Shown piece after piece: positions 7,993-17,349 of a stretch of 64,000 nucleotides of DNA; position 1 is the stretch's first letter; each line of letters opens with the position of its first letter. Source of the DNA: Minisyncoccota bacterium. Its GTDB lineage: Bacteria > Patescibacteriota > Minisyncoccia > Phycocordibacterales > PALSA-1337. The DNA lies in the NCBI GenBank assembly GCA_041665385.1, contig JBAYIX010000003.1, positions 13,128 through 77,127 on the forward strand, written 5' to 3'. Position numbers and translations under genes: made by a program. A model generated the notes under the pieces. That model saw nothing but the letters and a program-made list of their open reading frames with translations, was not told the origin of the DNA and searched no databases.

Positions 7993-9894
7993 TTAGACTT
8001 CTAGCATCTTTAATATCGCACTGATCTTCATAGTTGCGACGCCTATCACAGTATCTGCTGCACCATAGTACATGTATGCTGTCTGTCCGCGGACCACGAG
8101 TCCGCAAGGGAAGACAACGTGAGGAACGATACCCTTGTGTTCGTATTCTGTCTCGGGTTCGAATAATGGAATGGCCGTACGAGCCTTGATGATGGTAGGA
8201 TCTTCGAGATCTAGAAGTACAGCGCCTACTCTGTATGTTGTGCTCCAGGAAACACCGTGATATAGGAGCAACCAGCCATGCTTTGTCTTTACTGGTGGGG
8301 AAGCTATACCTACTTTGCCACCATCCCACATACCACGTCTCGGTCCGAGTATCTCTATGCATTCATCTATATATTCCTTTGTAAAGTCGAGAGAATTCAG
8401 AAAGTCTGCGCATATACTCTCGTTCACTCTATGGAAAACCATATATTTGCCATTCACTGTTTCTGGGAGGAAAGTCGAATCCTTATTTGGGACATTTTGG
8501 GGAGTGATGAGTCTGGGTTCTGACCAGGCACTCCATTTCTTTGCCAGGAAATCCTTCTTACTAATGTCTGTGACTGCTACACGGGGAACACTACCGTCAT
8601 ATGCAGTATATGACATGTATAATCTGTCTCCTATCTCTACTATGCGCGGGTCTTCGCAACCGTAGTTGGTTCCGGAGTCATTCCTTTCGAAGCTTGCTCT
8701 TGCAAAATATACAGGTTTCTCACTGCGCTCATCTAGAGAGAGTCCATCGCGAGATCGAGCGTATCCAAAAGCAGAAATATTTGTATCAGAAACTGCACGA
8801 TAAAAAATGTGCACATCATCACCGACTTCTATGGCGGCGGGATTGAGAGTGCCTCGTGCCTCCCAGGAATATCCGGGACGTGGAGCTATGATGGGGTTGC
8901 CTGGAAAACGGGTGATGACCTTTTTCTCGCTGTCTGTGATACTACGTAATAGGTTCTCGAGAGGAATAGTTGCTACCGCACAATATGTGTCGGTTGCGCC
9001 ATAGTATATCTCCAGTTTGTCATCGTTTATTATAGCCCCAGAAGGGAAGATAACATTTGGTACCTGGCCGATGAGCTCGTAGTGTGCGTCAGGAACCATA
9101 AATGGACCCTTCGTTCGACCTATGACTTTTCTGGGATTTTTGAGATCGAGCAAAACAACCTCGATACCAAATACGACATGGTCACTGCCATAACGCTGAA
9201 TATGGGAATATACGACGAGCCAACCCTTGTCGGTCTTTACTGGTGCAGCACCGAGCTCCAAATGGTCGTCGGGTAGTCTTCGGATATTGATCTTGTGGGA
9301 CTCCATCTGATCATGCCATCCCTTCCAATATTTTTCGGACCACATGTCCTCCTCCTTTTCAAATTCAGCATAACAGATGTCCGAAGGCGGATTGTCAGTA
9401 TTGACTGTTAGGAGAACGGCGAACTTTCCGTTTATTTTTTCTGGAAACATCGCAATGCCTTTGGAGTTGAAGGGTGTTACTTGGTGCTTCTCCGTTATTG
9501 TATTCAGGTCGTCGCTTATGGCGACTGCCGTACGGATATTTTCTGATGAGAAAGGGTAGCCACCGAGACCAGTATAAAAGATATAGTATTTTCCATCGAG
9601 TTTGGTCACACGTGGATCTTCACAGCCAAATTTATCATAAGGCATATCGGGCTTTACTAGGACTGCGCGGTCTATGTACATGCCCTCCTTTTTGGATTTC
9701 TTTGCGCGGGCGATCACGGACATGCGGATGTGGGGTTCGCGCAGGAGTTGTGGTTCGGACATTGCGCGATAAACAAGGTAGAAATCTTTGTTATGTATGA
9801 CTGGACAGCCGTTGAATGCGGCTGCTGCTTCCCAGGGATGGTTCCTAGTCGGAGAGAGGATGGGATTTTGTTCGGAGCGTTTGAGTGTAAACAT
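7993..9894 (-). CDS. tandem GH130/DUF377 glycoside phosphorylase-like protein (two beta-propeller domains)
   Basis: Two repeats each carrying GCEDPR(V/I) ... Y(Y/M)(F/S)YT motifs characteristic of the GH130 beta-1,4-mannoside phosphorylase fold. Start set at the in-frame ATG at 9894. Confidence 0.7.
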   Translation of the reverse strand: MFTLKRSEQNPILSPTRNHPWEAAAAFNGCPVIHNKDFYLVYRAMSEPQLLREPHIRMSVIARAKKSKKEGMYIDRAVLVKPDMPYDKFGCEDPRVTKLDGKYYIFYTGLGGYPFSSENIRTAVAISDDLNTITEKHQVTPFNSKGIAMFPEKINGKFAVLLTVNTDNPPSDICYAEFEKEEDMWSEKYWKGWHDQMESHKINIRRLPDDHLELGAAPVKTDKGWLVVYSHIQRYGSDHVVFGIEVVLLDLKNPRKVIGRTKGPFMVPDAHYELIGQVPNVIFPSGAIINDDKLEIYYGATDTYCAVATIPLENLLRSITDSEKKVITRFPGNPIIAPRPGYSWEARGTLNPAAIEVGDDVHIFYRAVSDTNISAFGYARSRDGLSLDERSEKPVYFARASFERNDSGTNYGCEDPRIVEIGDRLYMSYTAYDGSVPRVAVTDISKKDFLAKKWSAWSEPRLITPQNVPNKDSTFLPETVNGKYMVFHRVNESICADFLNSLDFTKEYIDECIEILGPRRGMWDGGKVGIASPPVKTKHGWLLLYHGVSWSTTYRVGAVLLDLEDPTIIKARTAIPLFEPETEYEHKGIVPHVVFPCGLVVRGQTAYMYYGAADTVIGVATMKISAILKMLEV

Positions 9895-9899
9895 ATATT

Positions 9900-11015
9900 T
9901 TATTCTTTGCCATTGGTTAGGAGCCAGTCTAATAATTCTCGTAACGGAGTATGTGCGACGCATACATGCTTGTCTCCTCCGCCGTAATATACGTATAACG
10001 TATCATCTTTAACAGTTGCTCCGCAGGCATATACAACACCTGGTTTCCAGTCATTTTCATACCATTCCGTGGGTGTAAGGATGGGGGAAGGGGATCTAGC
10101 GATGATTTTCGTAGGATTATTGAGGTCGAGGAGGAGAGCACCTAGCTTGTAGCCGATATGCGGCTCACGTTTGTCCATGGCATGGTATAGGACGAGCCAA
10201 CCCTGAGGAGTCTTTATGGGCGGAGGGCCGCCGCCACGGATCATATTGTCCCAAAAGTCTTTGCGCCCGGGCTGTGGACCGGCTTTGCGTGGGCTCGATA
10301 TTTCCCTGGTCATAGGTCCCAAGGTGTCAACGTATTCGATCATGACCTTTGGCACTATACTATGGAGTATGGCAAACTTACCGTTTACTTTTTCCGGAAA
10401 GAGGAGCCAGTTTTTATTGATCTGACTTTTGGGAGAAATAAAAACTGGTCGAGACCACTTCCATCGCTTCTGATAAAAGTCTTCGGCATTGATGGATGTG
10501 AGGGCGATCCTTATGAAGTCCCAACCGTCAAAAGCGTTGAAAGTCATATATATCTTTTCTCCTATGCGGACCAGTCTCGGATCTTCGGCCCCGCCCCAAC
10601 TGCCGCCGGAAGGGTAAATGACAGGATCATATCCCTTTGTATGTGCAGGGATATTTTCGCGCGGTTTTTGCATGGCGAATATGGGATAGGAGAGGCGTTC
10701 GTCTATGGTAAGTCCGTCCTTGCTCGATGCATAACCGAAACGAGACACACCGTCTGCACCTATGGCACGGTATACGAGGTGTACTTTCCCTGTATCATCC
10801 TGAAGTGCGGCCGGGTTGAAAGTGCCAACTGTCTCCCATTCATTCCAGGGCTGAGGAGACATGATGGGATTCATAACGTGGCGGTTTATCTTTTTTGAAG
10901 ATTTACCATCACGATCCCGCAGACTCGCACTCATCCACCATATATAGGCTAGCGCTATGAGCGCGAGCAAGAATGAAAGTAATGAAAATATTAGGGTGCT
11001 AGTGATTTGATCCAT
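9900..11015 (-). CDS. GH130/DUF377 glycoside phosphorylase-like protein with N-terminal TM anchor
   Basis: N-terminal TM (LIFSLLSFLLALIALAYIWW), then GGAEDPRLVRIGEKIYMTFNAFDG. Confidence 0.7.
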   Translation of the reverse strand: MDQITSTLIFSLLSFLLALIALAYIWWMSASLRDRDGKSSKKINRHVMNPIMSPQPWNEWETVGTFNPAALQDDTGKVHLVYRAIGADGVSRFGYASSKDGLTIDERLSYPIFAMQKPRENIPAHTKGYDPVIYPSGGSWGGAEDPRLVRIGEKIYMTFNAFDGWDFIRIALTSINAEDFYQKRWKWSRPVFISPKSQINKNWLLFPEKVNGKFAILHSIVPKVMIEYVDTLGPMTREISSPRKAGPQPGRKDFWDNMIRGGGPPPIKTPQGWLVLYHAMDKREPHIGYKLGALLLDLNNPTKIIARSPSPILTPTEWYENDWKPGVVYACGATVKDDTLYVYYGGGDKHVCVAHTPLRELLDWLLTNGKE

Positions 11016-11057
11016 TTATGTAAAATATTGGCGAAGTGAAAGATCGCCGAAACCAGA

Positions 11058-11414
11058 TTACCCCTGAATTCTCCCGTACTTGTCATCGAGTCTTACGATG
11101 TCTTTTTCATCGAAATTTCCGAATGATATTTCAAGGATCTCGAGGGCCTCTGTGCCACCTGCTATACGGTGCTCGGTACCGCGAGGTATCCAATGCGTCT
11201 CACCCTTTTTTGCCGGGATGACATCTTTGCCTTTTGTGACGTGTCCCGAACCGCCGAGTATGCACCAAAACTCATCGCGCATGGTGTGTGTCTGCAAACT
11301 TAGGATCTCTCCTGCCTTTACCGTAATGATCTTTACGGTCGTCGGCTCATTGTGGGTGAACTCTATGAAATCTCCCCAAGGACGTTCTTCTCTGTATGGT
11401 TTGGGAGGTTGCAT
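11058..11414 (-). CDS. cupin-domain protein (mannose-6-phosphate isomerase type II C-terminal-domain-like)
   Basis: 118 aa Cupin_2 fold with His/Glu metal ligands (LQTHTMRDEFWCILGG ... GTEHRI). Last gene of the PMM-GH130 operon. Confidence 0.55.
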   Translation of the reverse strand: MQPPKPYREERPWGDFIEFTHNEPTTVKIITVKAGEILSLQTHTMRDEFWCILGGSGHVTKGKDVIPAKKGETHWIPRGTEHRIAGGTEALEILEISFGNFDEKDIVRLDDKYGRIQG

Positions 11415-11571
11415 GATTGCCCCTAATTATACTCGAAAAGTCATAGAAATACGCATGAAAACTGTGCATAACTCGGAGAGTTCCTTCCTACGCCAAGGCT
11501 TCGGAAGGCAAGTCAATCTCACAGAACACGCACTGTTTGCAAAAAAGTCTTAAATATGCGATATTAGTCCC

Positions 11572-11796
11572 ATGGTAAACAGGATGCGCGCAACGCGGGC
11601 ACACCGCGATAATAGGAGGTCACACCACGCTCTGGGAGCGGCGCGTTTTTCCAAATGCCAGAATTGTGGCACGATGCACAAGAGCCACACTATCTGCATG
11701 ACATGCGGATGGTACAATGGTAGAAAGGTGCTTGATCTCGCGGCAAAGGCAGCAGCCAAGGCCAAGAGAAAAACAGCAGCCGCAAAGAAAGCTTAG
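11572..11796 (+). CDS. rpmF: 50S ribosomal protein L32
   Basis: RRSHHAL ... CQNCGTMHKSHTICMTCGWYNGRKV zinc ribbon. Lys/Ala-rich C-terminal tail. Confidence 0.85.
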   Translation: MVNRMRATRAHRDNRRSHHALGAARFSKCQNCGTMHKSHTICMTCGWYNGRKVLDLAAKAAAKAKRKTAAAKKA

Positions 11797-11854
11797 TTTG
11801 TAACCGTTGGCCAGAACTGGCCAAATTTAGAGAATAGTTCTTTAACGCAAAATT

Positions 11855-12754
11855 ATGGCAAACCGCCATCTGTCACGTTCAATCGTTTTACAATCTTTGT
11901 TCGAATGGGACTTCCGCGGTCAGAAGGATGCGGAAATACCTCTAATTATTGGGCGCAATATGAAAGAGTTTGCCCCGGGAGTAAATGACTTTTCTTTTGT
12001 CGAGAATTTAATAAAAGGAATTTTGGCCAAAAGAAAGGAACTGGATGATATCATAGAAAAGGCTGCGCCCGACTGGCCTATAGACAAGATCTCTCCAGCT
12101 GATAGAAATGTGTTGCGACTCGGCCTGTACGAGCTCTTATTTTCTGACCGTTCGGAAGTACCCGCAAAGGTGGCTATAAATGAGGCTATCGAACTGGCAA
12201 AAACATTTGGAGGAGATACTAGTGGTCGCTTCGTAAACGGCGTCCTCGGCGCTGTCTACAAAGAGCTCGGCGAGCCCGGCAAGGATGCTGTAACCACAAA
12301 GAGAAAGAAGGTAGAAGTGCCATACGAAGCTATGCCCGTACAGCACCTCGGCGGTGCTGTGGTATACGCCCGCGAAGGCAATGATATATATCTGGCTTTT
12401 GTACACGATGTTTTTGGTCATTGGACTCTTTCCAAAGGCAAAATAGCCGAAGGTGTTGACCCAAAGATCGGCACAATAGCCAAAGTAAGGGAAGAAATAG
12501 GTCTAGACGTAGAAGTCACAGCGGACCTCGGGACCAACGAGTACATAGCCAATGACCCGGAGATAGGTAAGATCCGAAAGGAGGTTCACTATTATCTGGC
12601 CGAGTCGCCCTTCAATTCCTTGGTATTGGCGAAGAAGCCCGGCCTCGATGACGCGAAGTGGTTCAAGATCGCGGACATCATAGAGCTCAACTTCTATAAC
12701 GATATTCTTCCAATAGTGACTAGGGCGGTAACGATACTGAGTCAAGCAAAATGA
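11855..12754 (+). CDS. NusB-like N-terminal domain fused to a Nudix-fold domain
   Basis: Residues 1-150 are NusB-like (RSIVLQSLFEWDF ... ). Residues 170-299 have a Nudix fold, with the box GKIAEGVDPKIGTIAKVREEIGL (RE of REx2EE replaced by AK). Confidence 0.65.
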   Translation: MANRHLSRSIVLQSLFEWDFRGQKDAEIPLIIGRNMKEFAPGVNDFSFVENLIKGILAKRKELDDIIEKAAPDWPIDKISPADRNVLRLGLYELLFSDRSEVPAKVAINEAIELAKTFGGDTSGRFVNGVLGAVYKELGEPGKDAVTTKRKKVEVPYEAMPVQHLGGAVVYAREGNDIYLAFVHDVFGHWTLSKGKIAEGVDPKIGTIAKVREEIGLDVEVTADLGTNEYIANDPEIGKIRKEVHYYLAESPFNSLVLAKKPGLDDAKWFKIADIIELNFYNDILPIVTRAVTILSQAK

Positions 12755-12771
12755 ATTAAGAATCAGGAATT

Positions 12772-13470
12772 ATGAAACCTACTACAGAATCTTTCGAAAA
12801 ACGTATTGGTGTGAAGTTTGATGACGCAAAGCTGTTGCGTTCTGCTGTGACGCATCGTTCCTACCTGAATGAAAATAAAAAAGTAGATCTGGAACACAAT
12901 GAACGTCTGGAATTTTTGGGAGATGCTGTTCTCGAACTGGTCGTGACTAGTTATCTATTTCGCAAATATACCAAGAAGGCCGAGGGCGAGCTCACGGCAT
13001 TTCGTTCTGCTCTGGTGAATACTGTGAGTCTGACCAAAGTCGCAGAACATATCGGTCTCAATGAATTTCTACTCTTGTCGCGCGGTGAAGCCAAGGATAT
13101 CGGACGTGCACGTTCGGTAATATTGGCAAATGCCGTGGAGGCTGTCATAGGAGCGATATATCTCGACCAGGGTTACAATGCTGCGGCAAACTTTATTGCG
13201 GATCATCTGTTGAATACTATAGACATAGAAGAGATAATAAAGAACAAGACCTGGATAGATGCCAAGAGCCGTTTCCAGGAAAAAGCCCAAGAAAAAGCAG
13301 GTAAGACTCCTTCCTACAAGACGCTCAAAGAGGCCGGACCTGACCATGACAAAGTTTTTACTCTGGGGGTATTTTTGGGAGATGTGCAAGTGGCCACAGG
13401 TAGTGGCCCATCCAAGCAGGAAGCGGAACAAAAAGCCGCGGAAAAGGCACTAGAAGTCAAAGGTTGGTAA
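12772..13470 (+). CDS. rnc: ribonuclease III
   Basis: ERLEFLGDAVLELVV signature plus a C-terminal dsRBD. Confidence 0.9.
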   Translation: MKPTTESFEKRIGVKFDDAKLLRSAVTHRSYLNENKKVDLEHNERLEFLGDAVLELVVTSYLFRKYTKKAEGELTAFRSALVNTVSLTKVAEHIGLNEFLLLSRGEAKDIGRARSVILANAVEAVIGAIYLDQGYNAAANFIADHLLNTIDIEEIIKNKTWIDAKSRFQEKAQEKAGKTPSYKTLKEAGPDHDKVFTLGVFLGDVQVATGSGPSKQEAEQKAAEKALEVKGW

Positions 13471-15749
13471 AAAGTGCTACAATAATATTTATGTACCTAA
13501 AGTCCCTAGAAATAGCAGGATTCAAATCTTTTCCGAAGAAAATTTCCCTGGAATTTACATCATCGATCACCGGTATAGTTGGTCCAAACGGTTCCGGCAA
13601 GTCTAACGTCGCCGAGTCATTTCGCTTCGTCCTCGGGGAACAGTCCATGAAGTCGCTTCGTGGCAAGAGAGGTGAGGATCTCATCTGGAACGGCGGAGGC
13701 GAGGCAGGTAGGGCAAATCGCGCTAGCGTAAAATTGACCTTTGACAACAGGCGAAGATTTTTTCAGAGCATCGACTTTGATGAAGTCTCGATAGAGCGTG
13801 TGGTGAACAGAGATAGCTCAAATGAATATCTCCTCAATGGTAGCCCTGTGCGACTCAAAGATATAGCGGAGCTCCTTGTAGGTGCGCATGTGGGCGCGAG
13901 TGGGCACCACATCATTTCTCAGGGTGAAGCTGACCGTATATTGTCTGCATCTATCAAAGAGCGCCGAGAAATGGTAGAAGACGCTCTCGGTCTCAAAGTC
14001 TACCAGTGGAAGAAACTCGAAAGCTTACGCAAATTAGAAAAGACGGAGGAAAATATGAAGCAGGTAGAGTCGCTCCGACGCGAAATAGCACCACATCTCA
14101 AATTTTTGAAAAAGCAGGTGGAAAAAGTAGAAAAGGCAGAGGAGATGAGACATGAATTGGTAGAGATATGCAGATCTTACTTTGCACGTGAGGATCTTTA
14201 TATACGCACAGAGAAAGAAAAGCTCAAGACCGAGGTGGCGGTACCAAAGAAGGAATCCGAGGAACTGGATAGAGCATTGGAGCAAGCAAAGAATATTCTC
14301 GCCTTGTCCAAAAATAAGGATCAGAAAAGTGAACAGGTGATAGCAAAAGAGTCCGCTCTTTCGGAAATTCGTATTGAGAAAGATCGCATTACCAGAGAAT
14401 CTGGTCGCATAGAGGGTGAGATCAGCGCAAACAAAAAAACCATAGAAAGGGAAAAGGCAAAGATTCAGGACGAAAAGACAAAAGTAGTCTACTTGCGCGA
14501 CGTAGAGGAGATGGTTGTCCGAATAGAAGGCTTTGTGGCCATCGACGATGTAAAAAAACTTTTTAATGATGTTGTAAGTACACTCAGGGAATTTGTGATT
14601 AGGCACAAATCGTCACTAGATTCTGAACTGGTGTCCGATTGCGAAGTTATAATATCTCGCCTCGAAAATGAGAAAAGGGATTGTGACAACAGGCTCGCCG
14701 AACTGATGCAAAGTGAGTCACAGCTCCATAGAGAATACAATGAAATAAAAAATCAGATAGAAATAGAAAAAGATACAGATCGCGATGCGGAAAAGGAAGT
14801 TTTTCGTATCATTGCTAGACAAAATGAAGTGAGGAGTATACTTTCTGGTATAAATAGTCGGCTCACTGCTATCTCTTATGCCGAAGAAACTTATAAAAAG
14901 GAAATGGGCGAAGCTGGTATCTTGGTGGGTAGAGAGGCGGTATCATTTGATCCATTAAATACTGAATCTGGTGGACAGACGGCTTCTAGGGAGGAGCAAG
15001 AAGCATTTCGAAGACAGATAGAAAGAATAAAGATTCGTTTGGAAGATGCTGGTGTAGGAGGGGGTAGTGAGATCATGAAGGAATACAAAGAAACAGAAGA
15101 AAGAGATGCCTTCCTGGCGCGGGAGCTCGGCGACCTGGAGAGAGCTAAGGAAGAACTGAACAAACTCATAGCTGACCTCGATATGAGGATAGATGTGGAA
15201 TTCAAGACTGGCATATTGAAAATTAATAGTGAATTTCAAAAGTACTTTGTCCTCATGTTTGGTGGCGGTAAGGCAGAATTGTCAGTCGTACGGGAAACAA
15301 AAAGGCGCAAGAAAAGCGAAACAGAGGAACTAAGTGATGCCTTGTCGGGGAACGAAGTGGATACGACAGATGAATTGGCCGATGAGCAAGGGCCGGAAGG
15401 ACTGGAAGTGAATATCAGTTTGCCCAGGAAGAAAATTAAGGGTTTGGAAATGCTTTCTGGTGGCGAAAGAGCACTCACTTCGATAGCGCTTCTCTTTGCG
15501 GTGTCACAGGTCAATCCTCCACCATTCATAATACTAGATGAGACAGATGCTGCACTAGATGAAGCGAACTCAAAGAAATACGGCGATATGATAGAAAGTC
15601 TATCCAAAGAATCGCAATTGATCCTCATAACTCACAATCGCGAAACAATGTCTCGCGCTGGAGTAATATATGGCATCACTATGGGTTCCGACGGAGCTTC
15701 GAGACTCCTCTCTATCGCTTTTGAAGATGCCGTGAAAGTAGCAAAATAA
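13464..15749 (+). CDS. SMC-family chromosome segregation ATPase, short hinge-less form
   Basis: N-terminal Walker A GPNGSGKSN, C-terminal LSGGERALTSIALLFA ... ILDETDAALD. Continuous coiled coil with no recognisable hinge domain. 761 aa. Confidence 0.75.
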   Translation: MVKSATIIFMYLKSLEIAGFKSFPKKISLEFTSSITGIVGPNGSGKSNVAESFRFVLGEQSMKSLRGKRGEDLIWNGGGEAGRANRASVKLTFDNRRRFFQSIDFDEVSIERVVNRDSSNEYLLNGSPVRLKDIAELLVGAHVGASGHHIISQGEADRILSASIKERREMVEDALGLKVYQWKKLESLRKLEKTEENMKQVESLRREIAPHLKFLKKQVEKVEKAEEMRHELVEICRSYFAREDLYIRTEKEKLKTEVAVPKKESEELDRALEQAKNILALSKNKDQKSEQVIAKESALSEIRIEKDRITRESGRIEGEISANKKTIEREKAKIQDEKTKVVYLRDVEEMVVRIEGFVAIDDVKKLFNDVVSTLREFVIRHKSSLDSELVSDCEVIISRLENEKRDCDNRLAELMQSESQLHREYNEIKNQIEIEKDTDRDAEKEVFRIIARQNEVRSILSGINSRLTAISYAEETYKKEMGEAGILVGREAVSFDPLNTESGGQTASREEQEAFRRQIERIKIRLEDAGVGGGSEIMKEYKETEERDAFLARELGDLERAKEELNKLIADLDMRIDVEFKTGILKINSEFQKYFVLMFGGGKAELSVVRETKRRKKSETEELSDALSGNEVDTTDELADEQGPEGLEVNISLPRKKIKGLEMLSGGERALTSIALLFAVSQVNPPPFIILDETDAALDEANSKKYGDMIESLSKESQLILITHNRETMSRAGVIYGITMGSDGASRLLSIAFEDAVKVAK

Positions 15750-17021
15750 ATGAACATTCATTTTTTCAAAGTAATTTTGGATATTTTGGAAGCATGGTCG
15801 CTCCATGGTGGGTACGTTTTTTTGTTTTTGGTTTCCACTCTCGAAGCAGTACCAGTCATAGGTTCCGCAGTACCGGGTCATACAGCAGTTATTTTGGCCG
15901 GATTTCTTTCTCGGATAGGCGTCCTGAATGTCTGGTTCGTGATGTTGATCGCCACGTTGGGCGCAATAATTGGCGATATGATCGGATATTATATTGGTCG
16001 AACATACGGTCTAAGGATTATCGAAAGATATAGGGGTAGATTTTTCTTGAGAGATGAATATATAGATAAGGCGAGATCTCTCATATCGAAACATACAGGA
16101 AAAGCTCTCATTATTGGTCGGTTCAACCCTTTAACGCGGCCATTCATGCCTCTTCTGGTCGGAGCGAGCCACGGCCAGGTAGGGAAGTTTTGGTTTTATA
16201 ATATTGCAGGTGGCATAATCTGGGCGGTTTCCTCTGTGTCACTCGGATATGCTTTTGGAGTGGGGTATCATGCCGCGGCACAGATCTTCGGTAAGGCTGT
16301 GGTAATAGTCACACTGGTCGGAGTGGTGGCGATATGGGGATATAGCTTCGTAAATCGGCATTTCCATGTCTTCAAAAAGTATGAACTGTTTATTTTGGGG
16401 CTAAACTTAATTTCTTTTTTTGGAATTATTCAAATGATGCAGGATGCTTGGGCTACGCCTTCTTTTATGGTGAATTTTGATGTTTGGCTCAGTATTTTTG
16501 TGGGCGATTATGTCACCACACCAATGCTTTCTTTGGCTAGGTTAGTGACAGATGTCGGGGGTGCGGCGGTGACGGCAAGTATCGGTCTAGCTGTTGGGAT
16601 TTGGTTTCTGTATGTTCAGAGGTGGCGATCTGCTCTCATCATGCTCTTTTCTGTCGGCACCACACTCCTTTCCGTCGAACTAATTAAGGCACTTTTCATG
16701 CGAGACAGACCATTGAATGCGGTCTATCTCATCTTGAATGATCCTAGTTTCCCGAGCGGACACGCGGCGCTGGCAGCGGCGTTTTTTGCCGCAATAGCGT
16801 ACCTATATGTACCGAAGATCGGATCTTCTGTAAAGAGGGAAATACTACTGGTCGGCTGCGTATTGGCGGCTTTTCTGATAGGGCTTACGCGTATCCTGTT
16901 AAACTTGCACTGGGCATCGGATGTCATAGCAGGGTGGTCGCTCGGCCTATTTTGTGCCACATTTTCTATACTTTTGGTTCGGTATGTTGGGGCGTTTGTG
17001 ATGAATAGGAGGAAAGAGTAG
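15750..17021 (+). CDS. DedA/VTT-domain membrane protein fused to PAP2 phosphatase domain
   Basis: N-terminal DedA motif (GDMIGYYIGRTYG). C-terminal PAP2 motifs KALFMRDRP, PSGH, HWASDV. Confidence 0.75.
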   Translation: MNIHFFKVILDILEAWSLHGGYVFLFLVSTLEAVPVIGSAVPGHTAVILAGFLSRIGVLNVWFVMLIATLGAIIGDMIGYYIGRTYGLRIIERYRGRFFLRDEYIDKARSLISKHTGKALIIGRFNPLTRPFMPLLVGASHGQVGKFWFYNIAGGIIWAVSSVSLGYAFGVGYHAAAQIFGKAVVIVTLVGVVAIWGYSFVNRHFHVFKKYELFILGLNLISFFGIIQMMQDAWATPSFMVNFDVWLSIFVGDYVTTPMLSLARLVTDVGGAAVTASIGLAVGIWFLYVQRWRSALIMLFSVGTTLLSVELIKALFMRDRPLNAVYLILNDPSFPSGHAALAAAFFAAIAYLYVPKIGSSVKREILLVGCVLAAFLIGLTRILLNLHWASDVIAGWSLGLFCATFSILLVRYVGAFVMNRRKE

Positions 17022-17099
17022 TCTTCATCCAAAAATTTGAGTTCCTAAAATAAAAGTGTTGTAATTCTTAGGCAAATTATACCATGCCTGGGAAGCTCG

Positions 17100-17311
17100 A
17101 AATGAGGGCATAATAGGAACCTATCATTTGACGTTCCGTCAAGTTTATGAAAATAAAATAGGAAGGCTTGCATGGACGTTATAATACAGTGAGCAGGAGC
17201 TAACCCCCCTGCAACAAATACCATGGCTGAACCAGTAAAGAAGCCGGGAGCACCGGCTGAGCCTACACAGGCTTAGTTCTATTGAAGAGACGCTCCAAAA
17301 GAGCGTTTTTT
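17100..17311 (+). ncRNA. candidate small RNA ending in an intrinsic terminator
   Basis: Three short GC hairpins (GCAGG..CCTGC, GCCGG-GAGCA-CCGGC, AGCCT-ACAC-AGGCT), then GACGCTC-CAAAA-GAGCGT + T6 at 17289-17311. No ORF. The 5' end is undefined. Confidence 0.25.
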
Positions 17312-17349
17312 CATTATTAGGGCCTGTATATGTGATGCCCACCTTTTTT

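Noticed and set aside
14034-14606. 190-aa minus-strand ORF inside smc
   Set aside because: Antisense to a Lys/Glu-rich coiled-coil coding region. Gives a Phe/Leu-rich artifact.
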